Positions 56,078-64,000 of a stretch of 64,000 nucleotides of DNA are shown here, piece after piece. The stretch is from Candidatus Bathyarchaeia archaeon (GTDB lineage Archaea > Thermoproteota > Bathyarchaeia > Bathyarchaeales > Bathycorpusculaceae). Position 1 is the first letter of the stretch. The number at the start of each line of letters is the position of its first letter. The notes under the pieces are model-generated. The model was not told the DNA's origin. It did no database searches and was given only the letters and a program-made list of their open reading frames with translations. The position numbers and the translations under genes were made by a program. The stretch lies in assembly GCA_038882975.1 (NCBI GenBank), contig JAVZNE010000003.1, positions 1-64,000 on the forward strand, in the 5' to 3' direction.

Positions 56078-57487
56078 CCACTTCGGCTTGCCAGACAGAA
56101 ACTCTGTGAGGAACCTTGCAAACTCGCTGTCTTTTTCGTAGATTTCCGCTATTTCCTCGTTGACCAAAATTTTGAATCCATGCTGGAGCACTCGCGCTAT
56201 TTCTCTGGCTACCCCAGCGTTTCTCCCGCCATCTCTAAGCCTTTCGTACAGGATGGCGGCTGCGTCCGTGTGTTTCCTCCTAATTTGGATGATCCATCTT
56301 CCGTCTTCGATGTATGGGCCAGCAACTGTTCCATTGTTGGCAGCATATTTGGCCAGAAAGTTTTTGCATTCCCTCTCCTTCTCCATTGGTGGTCCCAGAT
56401 GCTTCTTTACTGGTGGTAGGTAGCGGCTTTCAATTTCGAATATGAAGACGTTTAGGTCTTTCTCGTTGCTCCATGATGTGCACCGCAATAAGCCAAAATC
56501 ATTAAGCTCAAGAAGCTTTGTCAGTGAACGTTGAGACTTGTAAAGCTGACCCCACAAGACGTCTGGAACCGCTTCAACTTTTCCAAAAACCACAAAAATT
56601 GTTGTGGAGCCGCGGGTGCTTATTTTTGCTTTAAGCTCCTTTGTTGCAAGTGGCTTTGTTTCTGGCGGATAGAAGAATTTTAGGCTTGGCTTCTCTAGGA
56701 AGGCTCTGGCTGCCGCCACAAAGGTGTAAAGTTTTTGGGACTGCACGGCTGAAGCCACGTTTCTCCCCTTGTCAACGGGGTCAACTATCACTAGAGGTTC
56801 ACCAAACAACAGTGGCAGCTCGTCCTCCCTTCCCCTATAATGGTTTTCTATGTCAACGATTATGCGCCTTTTATGCTGTGCGAAAGCCCTCAATGTGTTG
56901 GCGAAACTTCCATAATTTATGATTAGGAGTTCGCATAGGTACCCGCTGAAGCCTCCAACCTTTATTTCGGCACCGTAAACGCCCACACCTTTCATAAACT
57001 TTTTGAGGAGGCGAACCTCGCCCCGCATTTGGCTTGTTAAACGCTTCTTCACGTAGTCCGTGTGGTATGGCGTTCGGTCTGTGGCGCTCAACCACTCGCC
57101 AGGCTTGGTGTCATAGCATGGCACTATGTTAACTCGAACGTTATCAATGAAAGCCTCCAAGTAGGGGTGTTCAGCGAAGCGCTCCACTTGCCGTGTGCCT
57201 TCAGTTGCCCGCTTAGCTATTTTTAGGGCTATATCGCCCAAAGATTTGCGGGGTATGCTTGTTGGCAAACGCATGAAAACGTCTATTTCGGGCTCTTCGC
57301 TCAGCCAAGTGTCTTTAGCAACAGAGCCTTCCAAACGAACGACCGCCTTAACACCGAAGTCCGCCGCGGCGGAAGCCACCTTCGCTTCCAACTCCTTCGC
57401 CAAAGCCTCTATTTTCTCACGTTCCTCTTTTCTGGGCGTAACCCTCTCCAAAACCGTTTTGCAGACTTTTTCCAGTTCAGCAGACAT
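56057..57487 (-). CDS. cca: CCA-adding enzyme (class I, archaeal)
   Basis: GSVAKDTWL...EIDVF, AEHPY, DRTPYH, GFSGYLCELL, DPVDKGRNVA. Confidence 0.95.
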   Translation of the reverse strand: MSAELEKVCKTVLERVTPRKEEREKIEALAKELEAKVASAAADFGVKAVVRLEGSVAKDTWLSEEPEIDVFMRLPTSIPRKSLGDIALKIAKRATEGTRQVERFAEHPYLEAFIDNVRVNIVPCYDTKPGEWLSATDRTPYHTDYVKKRLTSQMRGEVRLLKKFMKGVGVYGAEIKVGGFSGYLCELLIINYGSFANTLRAFAQHKRRIIVDIENHYRGREDELPLLFGEPLVIVDPVDKGRNVASAVQSQKLYTFVAAARAFLEKPSLKFFYPPETKPLATKELKAKISTRGSTTIFVVFGKVEAVPDVLWGQLYKSQRSLTKLLELNDFGLLRCTSWSNEKDLNVFIFEIESRYLPPVKKHLGPPMEKERECKNFLAKYAANNGTVAGPYIEDGRWIIQIRRKHTDAAAILYERLRDGGRNAGVAREIARVLQHGFKILVNEEIAEIYEKDSEFARFLTEFLSGKPKWLDDAQA

Positions 57488-57508
57488 AAACAGCCACTTA
57501 TCCAGCCA

Positions 57509-58078
57509 CTATTTTTGTGGACAATATTCTCTAAGCGTTGAATATATGGGACCTTTAGGTGTTAAGTCGCTCCTCTTAAGCCTTAAGCATTCTGCCCGTA
57601 CAACACCAAACTCGTAGTCTGCATTTTCCATCAAAAATTTCACAAGGGCAGCCTTATTCCGCCCACTCTTAACACGGGCAATGGTTAGGTGGGGGCTAAA
57701 ACCTTTAGGATCTGGAGCAAAACCTAAACTGCGCAAGTAAGGCTCAAGCTGGCTGAAGATGCCCCGTAACTCGTTGGCACCATTCCTAATACCAGCCCAA
57801 ACAACCCTAGGATAACGCATGTCTGGAAAGGCGCCAACCCCTTGAATCTTAACGTCAAAGGGCACAAATTGAACCTTCTGCATTCCTTCAAAAATGCGGT
57901 CAATCATGTTTGGGGTTATGTTCCCCAGAAAACGCACTGTTATGTGAATGTTTTTAGGCTCAACAAACTTCAAATCTGCACCAGTCCCAGCCAGCCGCTT
58001 CTGCATATCCGTTATCCTTTCCAGAACACTGACGCTTTCAATGTCAAAGGCTATAAAACTCCTTATGGCCTCTGTCAT
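57509..58078 (-). CDS. thpR: RNA 2',3'-cyclic phosphodiesterase (2H family)
   Basis: Two HxT motifs (HITVRFLG, PHLTIAR), S.LTPKGPIY. Confidence 0.93.
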   Translation of the reverse strand: MTEAIRSFIAFDIESVSVLERITDMQKRLAGTGADLKFVEPKNIHITVRFLGNITPNMIDRIFEGMQKVQFVPFDVKIQGVGAFPDMRYPRVVWAGIRNGANELRGIFSQLEPYLRSLGFAPDPKGFSPHLTIARVKSGRNKAALVKFLMENADYEFGVVRAECLRLKRSDLTPKGPIYSTLREYCPQK

Positions 58079-58182
58079 GGTGTTCCATTCCTTTTGCATA
58101 TTTCTGATATAGCATCTTTCATAAATGCTTTTAACGCTTAAGATGGCACTGCTATAAGAATAGGAAAAGAAGGAGCCCCAAA

Positions 58183-58758
58183 ATGACTGCTGTAGCGACT
58201 CAAAAACTGGTTGTCGGTTTAGCTGGGATGCCTGGTGCTGGGAAATCTGTTGTTGTTAATGTTGCGAGGGCTAATGGCTACGGCGTTGTTGTTATGGGTG
58301 ATGAGGTTCGTGAAGAAGCAAGGCGAAGAGGTTTAGAGCCGACCCCGGAAAACCTTGGACGGATTATGTTGGAGCTGAGGCGTTTAGAGGGAGAAGCCAT
58401 AATTGCGAAGCGGTGCATCTCAAAAATATTGAGAAAAGCCGAGAGCAAAGTCGTTGTGGATGGCATAAGAAGCCTAGCTGAGGTTGAAGAGTTTAAGCGG
58501 CATTTTCCAAAGTTCACGTTAATCGCTGTGCACGCCTCACCTGAAACAAGGTTTAAGCGGCTTTTTCATAGGCAGAGGAGCGACGACCCCAAAAACTGGG
58601 AAATCTTCCATGAGCGGGACATGAGGGAACTAAGCGTTGGATTGGGAAACGCTATAGCCATGGCTGAGTATATGATAGTTAACGAGGAAAGCCTAGAAAC
58701 AGCCAAAAAGCGGGCTGCAACCGTCTTGAAAAGAGTTGAGGAGAAATGGATGAAGTAG
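58183..58758 (+). CDS. P-loop nucleotide kinase-like protein (UPF0200)
   Basis: GMPGAGKS, MGDEVR, VDGIRS..E, RD.RE...G. Confidence 0.85.
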   Translation: MTAVATQKLVVGLAGMPGAGKSVVVNVARANGYGVVVMGDEVREEARRRGLEPTPENLGRIMLELRRLEGEAIIAKRCISKILRKAESKVVVDGIRSLAEVEEFKRHFPKFTLIAVHASPETRFKRLFHRQRSDDPKNWEIFHERDMRELSVGLGNAIAMAEYMIVNEESLETAKKRAATVLKRVEEKWMK

Positions 58759-59147
58759 AAGTTCACGTGGAGGCGGAGATAAACCCAACAGAATCCGAAG
58801 AAAAAGTGAGAAGAGCCGTGGAAAACATTTTCGGCGGCATACCAGTCCAAGTAAAGCCCCAACAGAAGGGAAGCTTGCTAACGGCAGATGCAAAGGGGCT
58901 AGAATCCCTAACAAAGCTTTACAATTTACTGCGGAGGGAGCGCATCCGCGATGCTGCGCGGGGAGCCCTGTTTGAAGGCTTGAGCGAAAAAACTATAACC
59001 TTCTATCTGAACAAGCAGGTGGCTTTTGCCGGGCATGTCTCCTTTTCAAAGGCTGTTGCAGAATCCCCCCTCGGACCGATAAAGGTTCAGATTAAATGCG
59101 ATGATCCGAGGCAACTGATTGATTGGCTTGCTCCAAAAACAGCTTGA
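58746..59147 (+). CDS. UPF0201/DUF54 putative RNA-binding protein
   Basis: PTESEEKV..AVENIF, RI.DAAR, LNKQVAF.G, PLGPI, WLAP. Confidence 0.85.
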   Translation: MDEVEVHVEAEINPTESEEKVRRAVENIFGGIPVQVKPQQKGSLLTADAKGLESLTKLYNLLRRERIRDAARGALFEGLSEKTITFYLNKQVAFAGHVSFSKAVAESPLGPIKVQIKCDDPRQLIDWLAPKTA

Positions 59148-59159
59148 AGAGGCGAAATC

Positions 59160-60161
59160 TTGTCGGGAAAAGCTAGCATAACTGAGCGTGGCGCCGTCTT
59201 ACTAGGCAAGAGTGTTGCATGCGACGCCTTCGATGATTCTAAACCTTTGAGGATCGTTACTCATGCACATGCGGATCACATGATTGGTTTGCAGCAGAGC
59301 CTAAGAACATGCGAGAAAGTGCTCATGACGAAAGCTACAAAAGACCTGATTGACGTTATGAAAAGCCCCCTATTTCTCATGGGCGGGTACGTGGAAACCC
59401 TCGATTATGGAAAAACCATGCATTATGGCGAGGAAAGCATAACACTTTTCCCGGCAGACCACATTTTAGGCGCCTGCCAAGTTCTTGTTGAGGACGCTGA
59501 AGGCGCAAGGATTGTTTACACCGGAGATTTTAGGATTGAGGGCACTCCTGTGTTGGAGGCTGATGTGCTTGTTATGGAAGCCACCTATGGAAACCCATCT
59601 TGCAGGCGCCCCTTCAACAGCGAAGTCAAAGAACTGCTGATATCCATTGTGAAGGAGGGGATCAAACGCGGTGTTGTTTATGTTTTCGGTTATCATGGCA
59701 AGCTCCAAGAGGTTATGCAGATTCTCCACGACGCTGACATAAAGGCGCCATTCATCGTGCCTCAAAGGGTTTTTCAAATCTCTAAAATTTGTGAGAGGCA
59801 TGGAATGCGTATAGGCCGCCTATTACAGCTTGAGGAGAAAGACGCCAAAGAAATGCTTGAGAGGAACCAGCCTTGCTTGGCTTTTTACCATATGGGTTCT
59901 AGGGCTCGTGTTGGGCGTGGCTGCTTCCGCGTCTATGTTAGCGGCTGGGAGTTTGATGTTCCATGCCGTGAAATAGGCGACAAAGAGTATGTTGTAGCCT
60001 TAAGCGACCATTCCGATTTTGATGGTTTGATGGAGTATGTGAGGCGTTCAAGGCCGAAGTTTGTTGTTACGGACAACTTCCGTATTGGTTATGCTGAAAC
60101 TTTGGCTAGGCATATTCAAAAACAGTTTAATATTCGAGCTTTGGCTTTGCCTAGGCGTTAG
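59160..60161 (+). CDS. MBL-fold exonuclease-like protein
   Basis: THAHADH, DHILG, YTGDF, EATYG, LSDHSDF. Confidence 0.85.
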   Translation: MSGKASITERGAVLLGKSVACDAFDDSKPLRIVTHAHADHMIGLQQSLRTCEKVLMTKATKDLIDVMKSPLFLMGGYVETLDYGKTMHYGEESITLFPADHILGACQVLVEDAEGARIVYTGDFRIEGTPVLEADVLVMEATYGNPSCRRPFNSEVKELLISIVKEGIKRGVVYVFGYHGKLQEVMQILHDADIKAPFIVPQRVFQISKICERHGMRIGRLLQLEEKDAKEMLERNQPCLAFYHMGSRARVGRGCFRVYVSGWEFDVPCREIGDKEYVVALSDHSDFDGLMEYVRRSRPKFVVTDNFRIGYAETLARHIQKQFNIRALALPRR

Positions 60162-60230
60162 TTTGCCCTTTATGTGTGTAGTGAGTATTACTACACAAGA
60201 TTTATCTTTCCCGCCACAGAATTATACTCT

Positions 60231-60257
60231 TGAATTCGGAATTCGAATCCGAATTCA
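60231..60257. promoter_or_regulatory. Perfect inverted repeat (10-7-10), putative operator
   Basis: TGAATTCGGA-ATTCGAA-TCCGAATTCA just upstream of a TTAAATA box before 60304. Confidence 0.55.
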
Positions 60258-60303
60258 CATGTCTTAAATAAGAAGAAACAAAGACCTTCGGGCGGAAAAA
60301 GGC

Positions 60304-61011
60304 ATGCCCTCCCCACTACAGCCAGAGTTCTTCTCATTGGTAGGCATAGACCTATTCCTAGCCATGAGCCTTTTAACATGCCTCTTGGACAGGCATTTTC
60401 CATCGCAGCTCCCATACGTCTATCAACTGGCAGCCCTAGCTGGTTTTGGACACCTAATCGTAAGCAGAGAATTCATGGCAACTTTCGATCCATACATGCG
60501 CTTCTGGTACAGCCTCCTATACCTTATAGTGGCTTTAGCCAACATAATAGCCGTAAACGTCTACCTAGGCATAGTTAAAAGGCTCGTAAGCCACGCCAAG
60601 GTTTTCATGGCAGCCGTAACCATTCCAGCCTTAACACTGGCGGCTTTATTCCTATCCAACTATGCTGAAATCGCCTCACATCCGATTATTTTGCTTCCTC
60701 AGATGGGTTGGGAAGCCGCCTTCGTGGGCATAGTAGCCTTCGACACACTTGTGGTGGGGTTGGGCACCTACATATTCTTCAAGCCCCGATGGTGGTACAT
60801 AGCCATAGGCGCAGGCACAGCCATAACAGCCGCAGCCGCCTACGCCGCCTACAAACCAACGTGGGGAGAGGCAGCCTTCATAGCTTCGGCAGCAGCCCTA
60901 GCAATAGCCTGCGCCATAGTCCTAGCCGTAAGCGCCTACGTCCTCGTAAAAATATGGATAGAAACCCTAAAAGAAAGGAAAAAAAGAAAAGGAGGTGAAA
61001 CAACAAAATGA
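60304..61011 (+). CDS. Multi-pass membrane protein (paralog of 48011..48601)
   Basis: About 7 TM; PEFFSLVGIDLFLAMSLL..LD..FP..LPY.YQLAA.AGF; RFW.S.LYL.V...AVN.Y shared with 48011. Confidence 0.75.
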   Translation: MPSPLQPEFFSLVGIDLFLAMSLLTCLLDRHFPSQLPYVYQLAALAGFGHLIVSREFMATFDPYMRFWYSLLYLIVALANIIAVNVYLGIVKRLVSHAKVFMAAVTIPALTLAALFLSNYAEIASHPIILLPQMGWEAAFVGIVAFDTLVVGLGTYIFFKPRWWYIAIGAGTAITAAAAYAAYKPTWGEAAFIASAAALAIACAIVLAVSAYVLVKIWIETLKERKKRKGGETTK

Positions 61012-61520
61012 AAACAAGTTATAGGAAAATCGCAAAGCTGGTAACGTTACTGGTGACATCACTGATGATCGCTACTGCCAGCGTGCAAGCTTATCAAGCT
61101 TTCATGTACATGGAAGGCTCTATAATCGTTGGTTCTCAAAAAATAGTGTGGATATACAATGGTGCAGAAGATCCAGACGACACGGTATTGGTTAGTTTAA
61201 CCGGATTGGAGCCCGGCAAAACTTTGACTTTTAATGGAACTGCATACTTGAAAAACAAGGATACTTCGAATTATACCATTGTTTCTATTGAAGTAACAAA
61301 GGCTGTAGGCTCTAACTTTGAAATATGCAAAGCCTACATATACGAGAACTTCACAACAAGCGGCACATGGACTTTAGTTGGCACCTTAAATCTTGCATCA
61401 GAGGGCAGCAAAATAGAAAATAAACAGCTGCAGGCTGATGGTTATTACAAGTTTGATTTCGAAATTAGAGCATCATCATCTGGAAGTGATACTTTCAAGA
61501 TAAAGGTCACATACCAGTAA
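61008..61520 (+). CDS. Secreted beta-rich protein, putative filament subunit (paralog of 48608)
   Basis: GGAGGTGA RBS; basic + hydrophobic signal with ATAS, then Y...MYM; beta-rich; no anchor. Confidence 0.72.
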   Translation: MKTSYRKIAKLVTLLVTSLMIATASVQAYQAFMYMEGSIIVGSQKIVWIYNGAEDPDDTVLVSLTGLEPGKTLTFNGTAYLKNKDTSNYTIVSIEVTKAVGSNFEICKAYIYENFTTSGTWTLVGTLNLASEGSKIENKQLQADGYYKFDFEIRASSSGSDTFKIKVTYQ

Positions 61521-61523
61521 AAC

Positions 61524-61555
61524 TTCCCTTTTTCTTTGTCTCTTGATTTTTCTTG
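61524..61555 (+). terminator. Oligo-T archaeal terminator
   Basis: TTCCCTTTTTCTTTGTCTCTTGATTTTTCTT directly after the stop codon. Confidence 0.5.
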
Positions 61556-61680
61556 AATTCTGAAATACAAAATGAAGCTTTAAGTTGGACATCCTATTTA
61601 TCAAAATTTGAAACGTGTAGATAAATCAAAGAATAACAAATTTTTTATTTGTCTTTTTAGTATTACTTTTTGGTGGGAAA

Positions 61681-61911
61681 TTGAGTAGGTATACTACGGT
61701 TTCCACTAAAATTCCTTTGGAGCTTAAGGAGAAGATGAAGGAGTTGAAGATTAAGCCTTCTAGGCTTTTGAGGAAAGCCATCGAAGATGAGGTAAGGCGT
61801 AAAGAAGCAGAAAGACTAAAAGAAGAGATTAGAAGGCTTAAGCCTGTCCTTGACAAGGTAAGCGTGGAAGAGGTTGTTAAAGGCTTGAGAGAGGATAGAA
61901 CGCGGAGATGA
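61681..61911 (+). CDS. VapB-type antitoxin (RHH)
   Basis: TTVSTKIPLELKEKM...LRKAIEDEV...REDR; overlaps the PIN gene by 4 nt. Confidence 0.82.
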   Translation: MSRYTTVSTKIPLELKEKMKELKIKPSRLLRKAIEDEVRRKEAERLKEEIRRLKPVLDKVSVEEVVKGLREDRTRR

Positions 61912-62309
61912 AATACCTCTTTGACTCTTCGGCGATATTCAAAGCTATAAAAGAAAATAAGATTGATGTTTTGGTTGGAAATTGCACGTTGGAATTGGCG
62001 AGATATGAGCTTGGAAATGTCCTTTGGAAAAGTTTCGCCTTAGAAGGAAAAGCCACAGAAGTGGAAATCAAAAGTTTGGCAAAGATTGTAAAGCGTGTTC
62101 TCGGCATAATGGAAGCATTGCAAATAAACTGCAATGAAGAAGAAATATTGGAAATTGCAAACAAGGCGAAGATAACATTTTACGATGCATCCTACGTTTA
62201 TTACGCAAAAGCGAAAAATCTAACATTGATAACCGAAGACACACGGCTTCTCAAAAAGATTGCAAACCAAATAAACGCCTCAACCTTAACCGACATCATC
62301 AGCCAATGA
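61908..62309 (+). CDS. vapC: VapC PIN-domain toxin
   Basis: FDSSA, YELGN, TFYDASY, LITED acidic tetrad. Confidence 0.9.
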   Translation: MKYLFDSSAIFKAIKENKIDVLVGNCTLELARYELGNVLWKSFALEGKATEVEIKSLAKIVKRVLGIMEALQINCNEEEILEIANKAKITFYDASYVYYAKAKNLTLITEDTRLLKKIANQINASTLTDIISQ

Positions 62310-62410
62310 GGAAAACCACGTCAGACAACCTATTTTCCACCAAAGTTTAAATGTGAAGCGAGACAATGCTATCATTTAGTCTGCTCTAAACGTGGAAGGT
62401 GAAAAGCTGT

Positions 62411-63688
62411 ATGAGTAGGTCGTCTTTGTTTTCTGGTTTTTATAAGCTTAGTCCTAAAGAGCGTTTAGCCTTTGTTAAGGAGTTTGCCGGCTTAACTGAT
62501 GAGGAATGCGCCCTATTGCAGAATACTGGTGGTTTGCCCTTGGACTTGGCTGACCGCATGATAGAAAACGTTGTGGGTGCTATTCCAGTGCCGCTGGGCA
62601 TTGCCGTAAACTTCCTCATAAACGGCAGAGACTATTTGGTGCCTATGGCTATTGAGGAGCCTTCTGTTGTGGCGGCTGCTAGTTATGCTGCAAAGATGGC
62701 ACGGGATGGCGGGGGCTTCCACACGAGCAGTACTCCGCCAATCATGATTGGGCAGGTTCAAGCCGTTGGCATTAAAGACCCTTATGCAGCTAGGCTCCGC
62801 ATATTGCAGGCTAAAGATGAAATCCTAAAGAAGGCTAATGACCAAGATCCTGTGCTGGTTTCTGTGGGCGGCGGAGCCAAAGACCTAGACGCAAAAGTCA
62901 TCCATACAGTGCAAGGTCCAATGGTTATTACTGAGTTGCATGTGGACTGCCGCGACGCTATGGGCGCTAACGCCGTAAACACCATGTGTGAGGCTGTAGC
63001 CCCCCTAATAGAACGGATAACAGGCGGCCGCGTTTATCTGCGGATAATCTCAAATTTGGCTGTTAAACGCCTAGCAAGAGCCTGGTGCGTCGTGCCAAAG
63101 GAGGCTGTGGGCGGAGAAGAAGTTGTAGACGGCATTGTGAACGCTTGGGCTTTTGCTGCAGCAGACCCTTATAGGGCTGCCACCCACAACAAGGGGATTA
63201 TGAACGGCATAATAGCCGTCGTAATCGCCACATGCAACGACCACCGAGCTGTAGAAGCTGGAGCCCATGCTTATGCTGCCAGAAGCGGCCACTATACGAC
63301 TCTTTCAACATGGGAGAAAAACGAAAACGGCGACTTGGTAGGCTCAATAGAACTGCCTATGGCTGTAGGCCTAATAGGAGGGGCTGTGCGAACCCACCCA
63401 ATAGCCAAAATATGCCTAAAAATCCTAGGCGTAAAAACAGCTAATGAGTTTGCCGAAGTTTTGGCAGCTGTAGGCTTAGCCCAAAACCTAGGCGCATTGA
63501 GGGCATTAGCCCACGAAGGCATACAGCGCGGCCACATGTCACTTCATGCGAGAAACATTGCCATTGCTGCTGGCGCCACTGGCGAGTTAATCGATTTGGT
63601 TGCTGAGAAAATGGTGGAGGAGCGCAAAATCCGCATGGACAGAGCCAAAGAACTCATAGAACAGTATAGGGTGGCTGGAAAAATCTAA
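62411..63688 (+). CDS. mvaA: Hydroxymethylglutaryl-CoA reductase, class II
   Basis: MIENVVG, EEPSVVAA, DAMGAN, ATHNKGIMNG, NDHRAVEAG, GIQRGHMSLH. Confidence 0.95.
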   Translation: MSRSSLFSGFYKLSPKERLAFVKEFAGLTDEECALLQNTGGLPLDLADRMIENVVGAIPVPLGIAVNFLINGRDYLVPMAIEEPSVVAAASYAAKMARDGGGFHTSSTPPIMIGQVQAVGIKDPYAARLRILQAKDEILKKANDQDPVLVSVGGGAKDLDAKVIHTVQGPMVITELHVDCRDAMGANAVNTMCEAVAPLIERITGGRVYLRIISNLAVKRLARAWCVVPKEAVGGEEVVDGIVNAWAFAAADPYRAATHNKGIMNGIIAVVIATCNDHRAVEAGAHAYAARSGHYTTLSTWEKNENGDLVGSIELPMAVGLIGGAVRTHPIAKICLKILGVKTANEFAEVLAAVGLAQNLGALRALAHEGIQRGHMSLHARNIAIAAGATGELIDLVAEKMVEERKIRMDRAKELIEQYRVAGKI

Positions 63689-63723
63689 AAGATAGGCGTG
63701 CTTCACTAGAGAACGGCGGTTAA

Positions 63724-64000
63724 ATGAAAATCCTTCCAGGTCCAGCCTCAAAAGAGCTAGGCGAAAAAATAGCCCAAATTTTAGGCGTAGAGCCAACTCC
63801 AGTCTTTTTTAAGGCTTTTCCAGACGGCGAATCCTATGTTAGGCTTGACGGAGCTGTTGAAGGCGAAACCGCCGTAATAGTGCAGACAACAAGCCCGCCG
63901 CAAGACACACGCCTAATACAGCTGGCATTAATTGCTGATGCTGCCAAAAGAAACAACGCGAGAAGAGTTGTGGCGGTTGTTCCCTATTTGGCTTATGCCC
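63724..64000 (+). CDS. prs: Ribose-phosphate pyrophosphokinase, 3' end outside window
   Basis: Not in ORF track: MKILPGPAS...FPDGESYVR...IVQT...VVPYLAYA. Confidence 0.92.
   Translation, partial: MKILPGPASKELGEKIAQILGVEPTPVFFKAFPDGESYVRLDGAVEGETAVIVQTTSPPQDTRLIQLALIADAAKRNNARRVVAVVPYLAYA

Noticed and set aside
1-64000. CRISPR array, cas genes, rRNA
   Set aside because: No regularly spaced direct repeats, cas motifs or rRNA-like sequence seen.

Overview
Archaeal chromosomal window, most consistent with Bathyarchaeia/TACK (inference from gatDE, eS30, SmAP3-type Lsm, archaeal TgtA, class I CCA-adding enzyme, intron-containing tRNAs and many TTG/GTG starts). Housekeeping blocks cover tRNA maturation (elp3, gatDE, tgtA, cca, thpR), glmM/glmU, proteolysis, dinB, HMG-CoA reductase and prs. 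There are four tRNAs: Leu-CAG, Tyr-GTA (two introns), Val-CAC (D-loop intron) and Gln-CTG. Accessory blocks: (i) an AT-rich ABC-ATPase + TOPRIM-like pair between elp3 and gatD; (ii) a ~14 kb catabolic cluster between tRNA-Leu and tRNA-Tyr built around a form IV RuBisCO-like protein, with FGGY kinase, class II aldolase, saccharopine-dehydrogenase-like enzyme, ThDP enzyme, tungsten AOR plus maturase, Fe-ADH, SCP2 and tautomerase, which matches no pathway I can name; (iii) two paralogous 'membrane protein + secreted beta-rich subunit' modules, one with a DUF2341/LamG-inserted subunit, suggesting an uncharacterised surface filament system; (iv) a triplet of paralogous winged-helix genes; (v) several structured non-coding elements. 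I saw no CRISPR array, rRNA or integrase. All family calls come from motif recognition by eye, not database searches.
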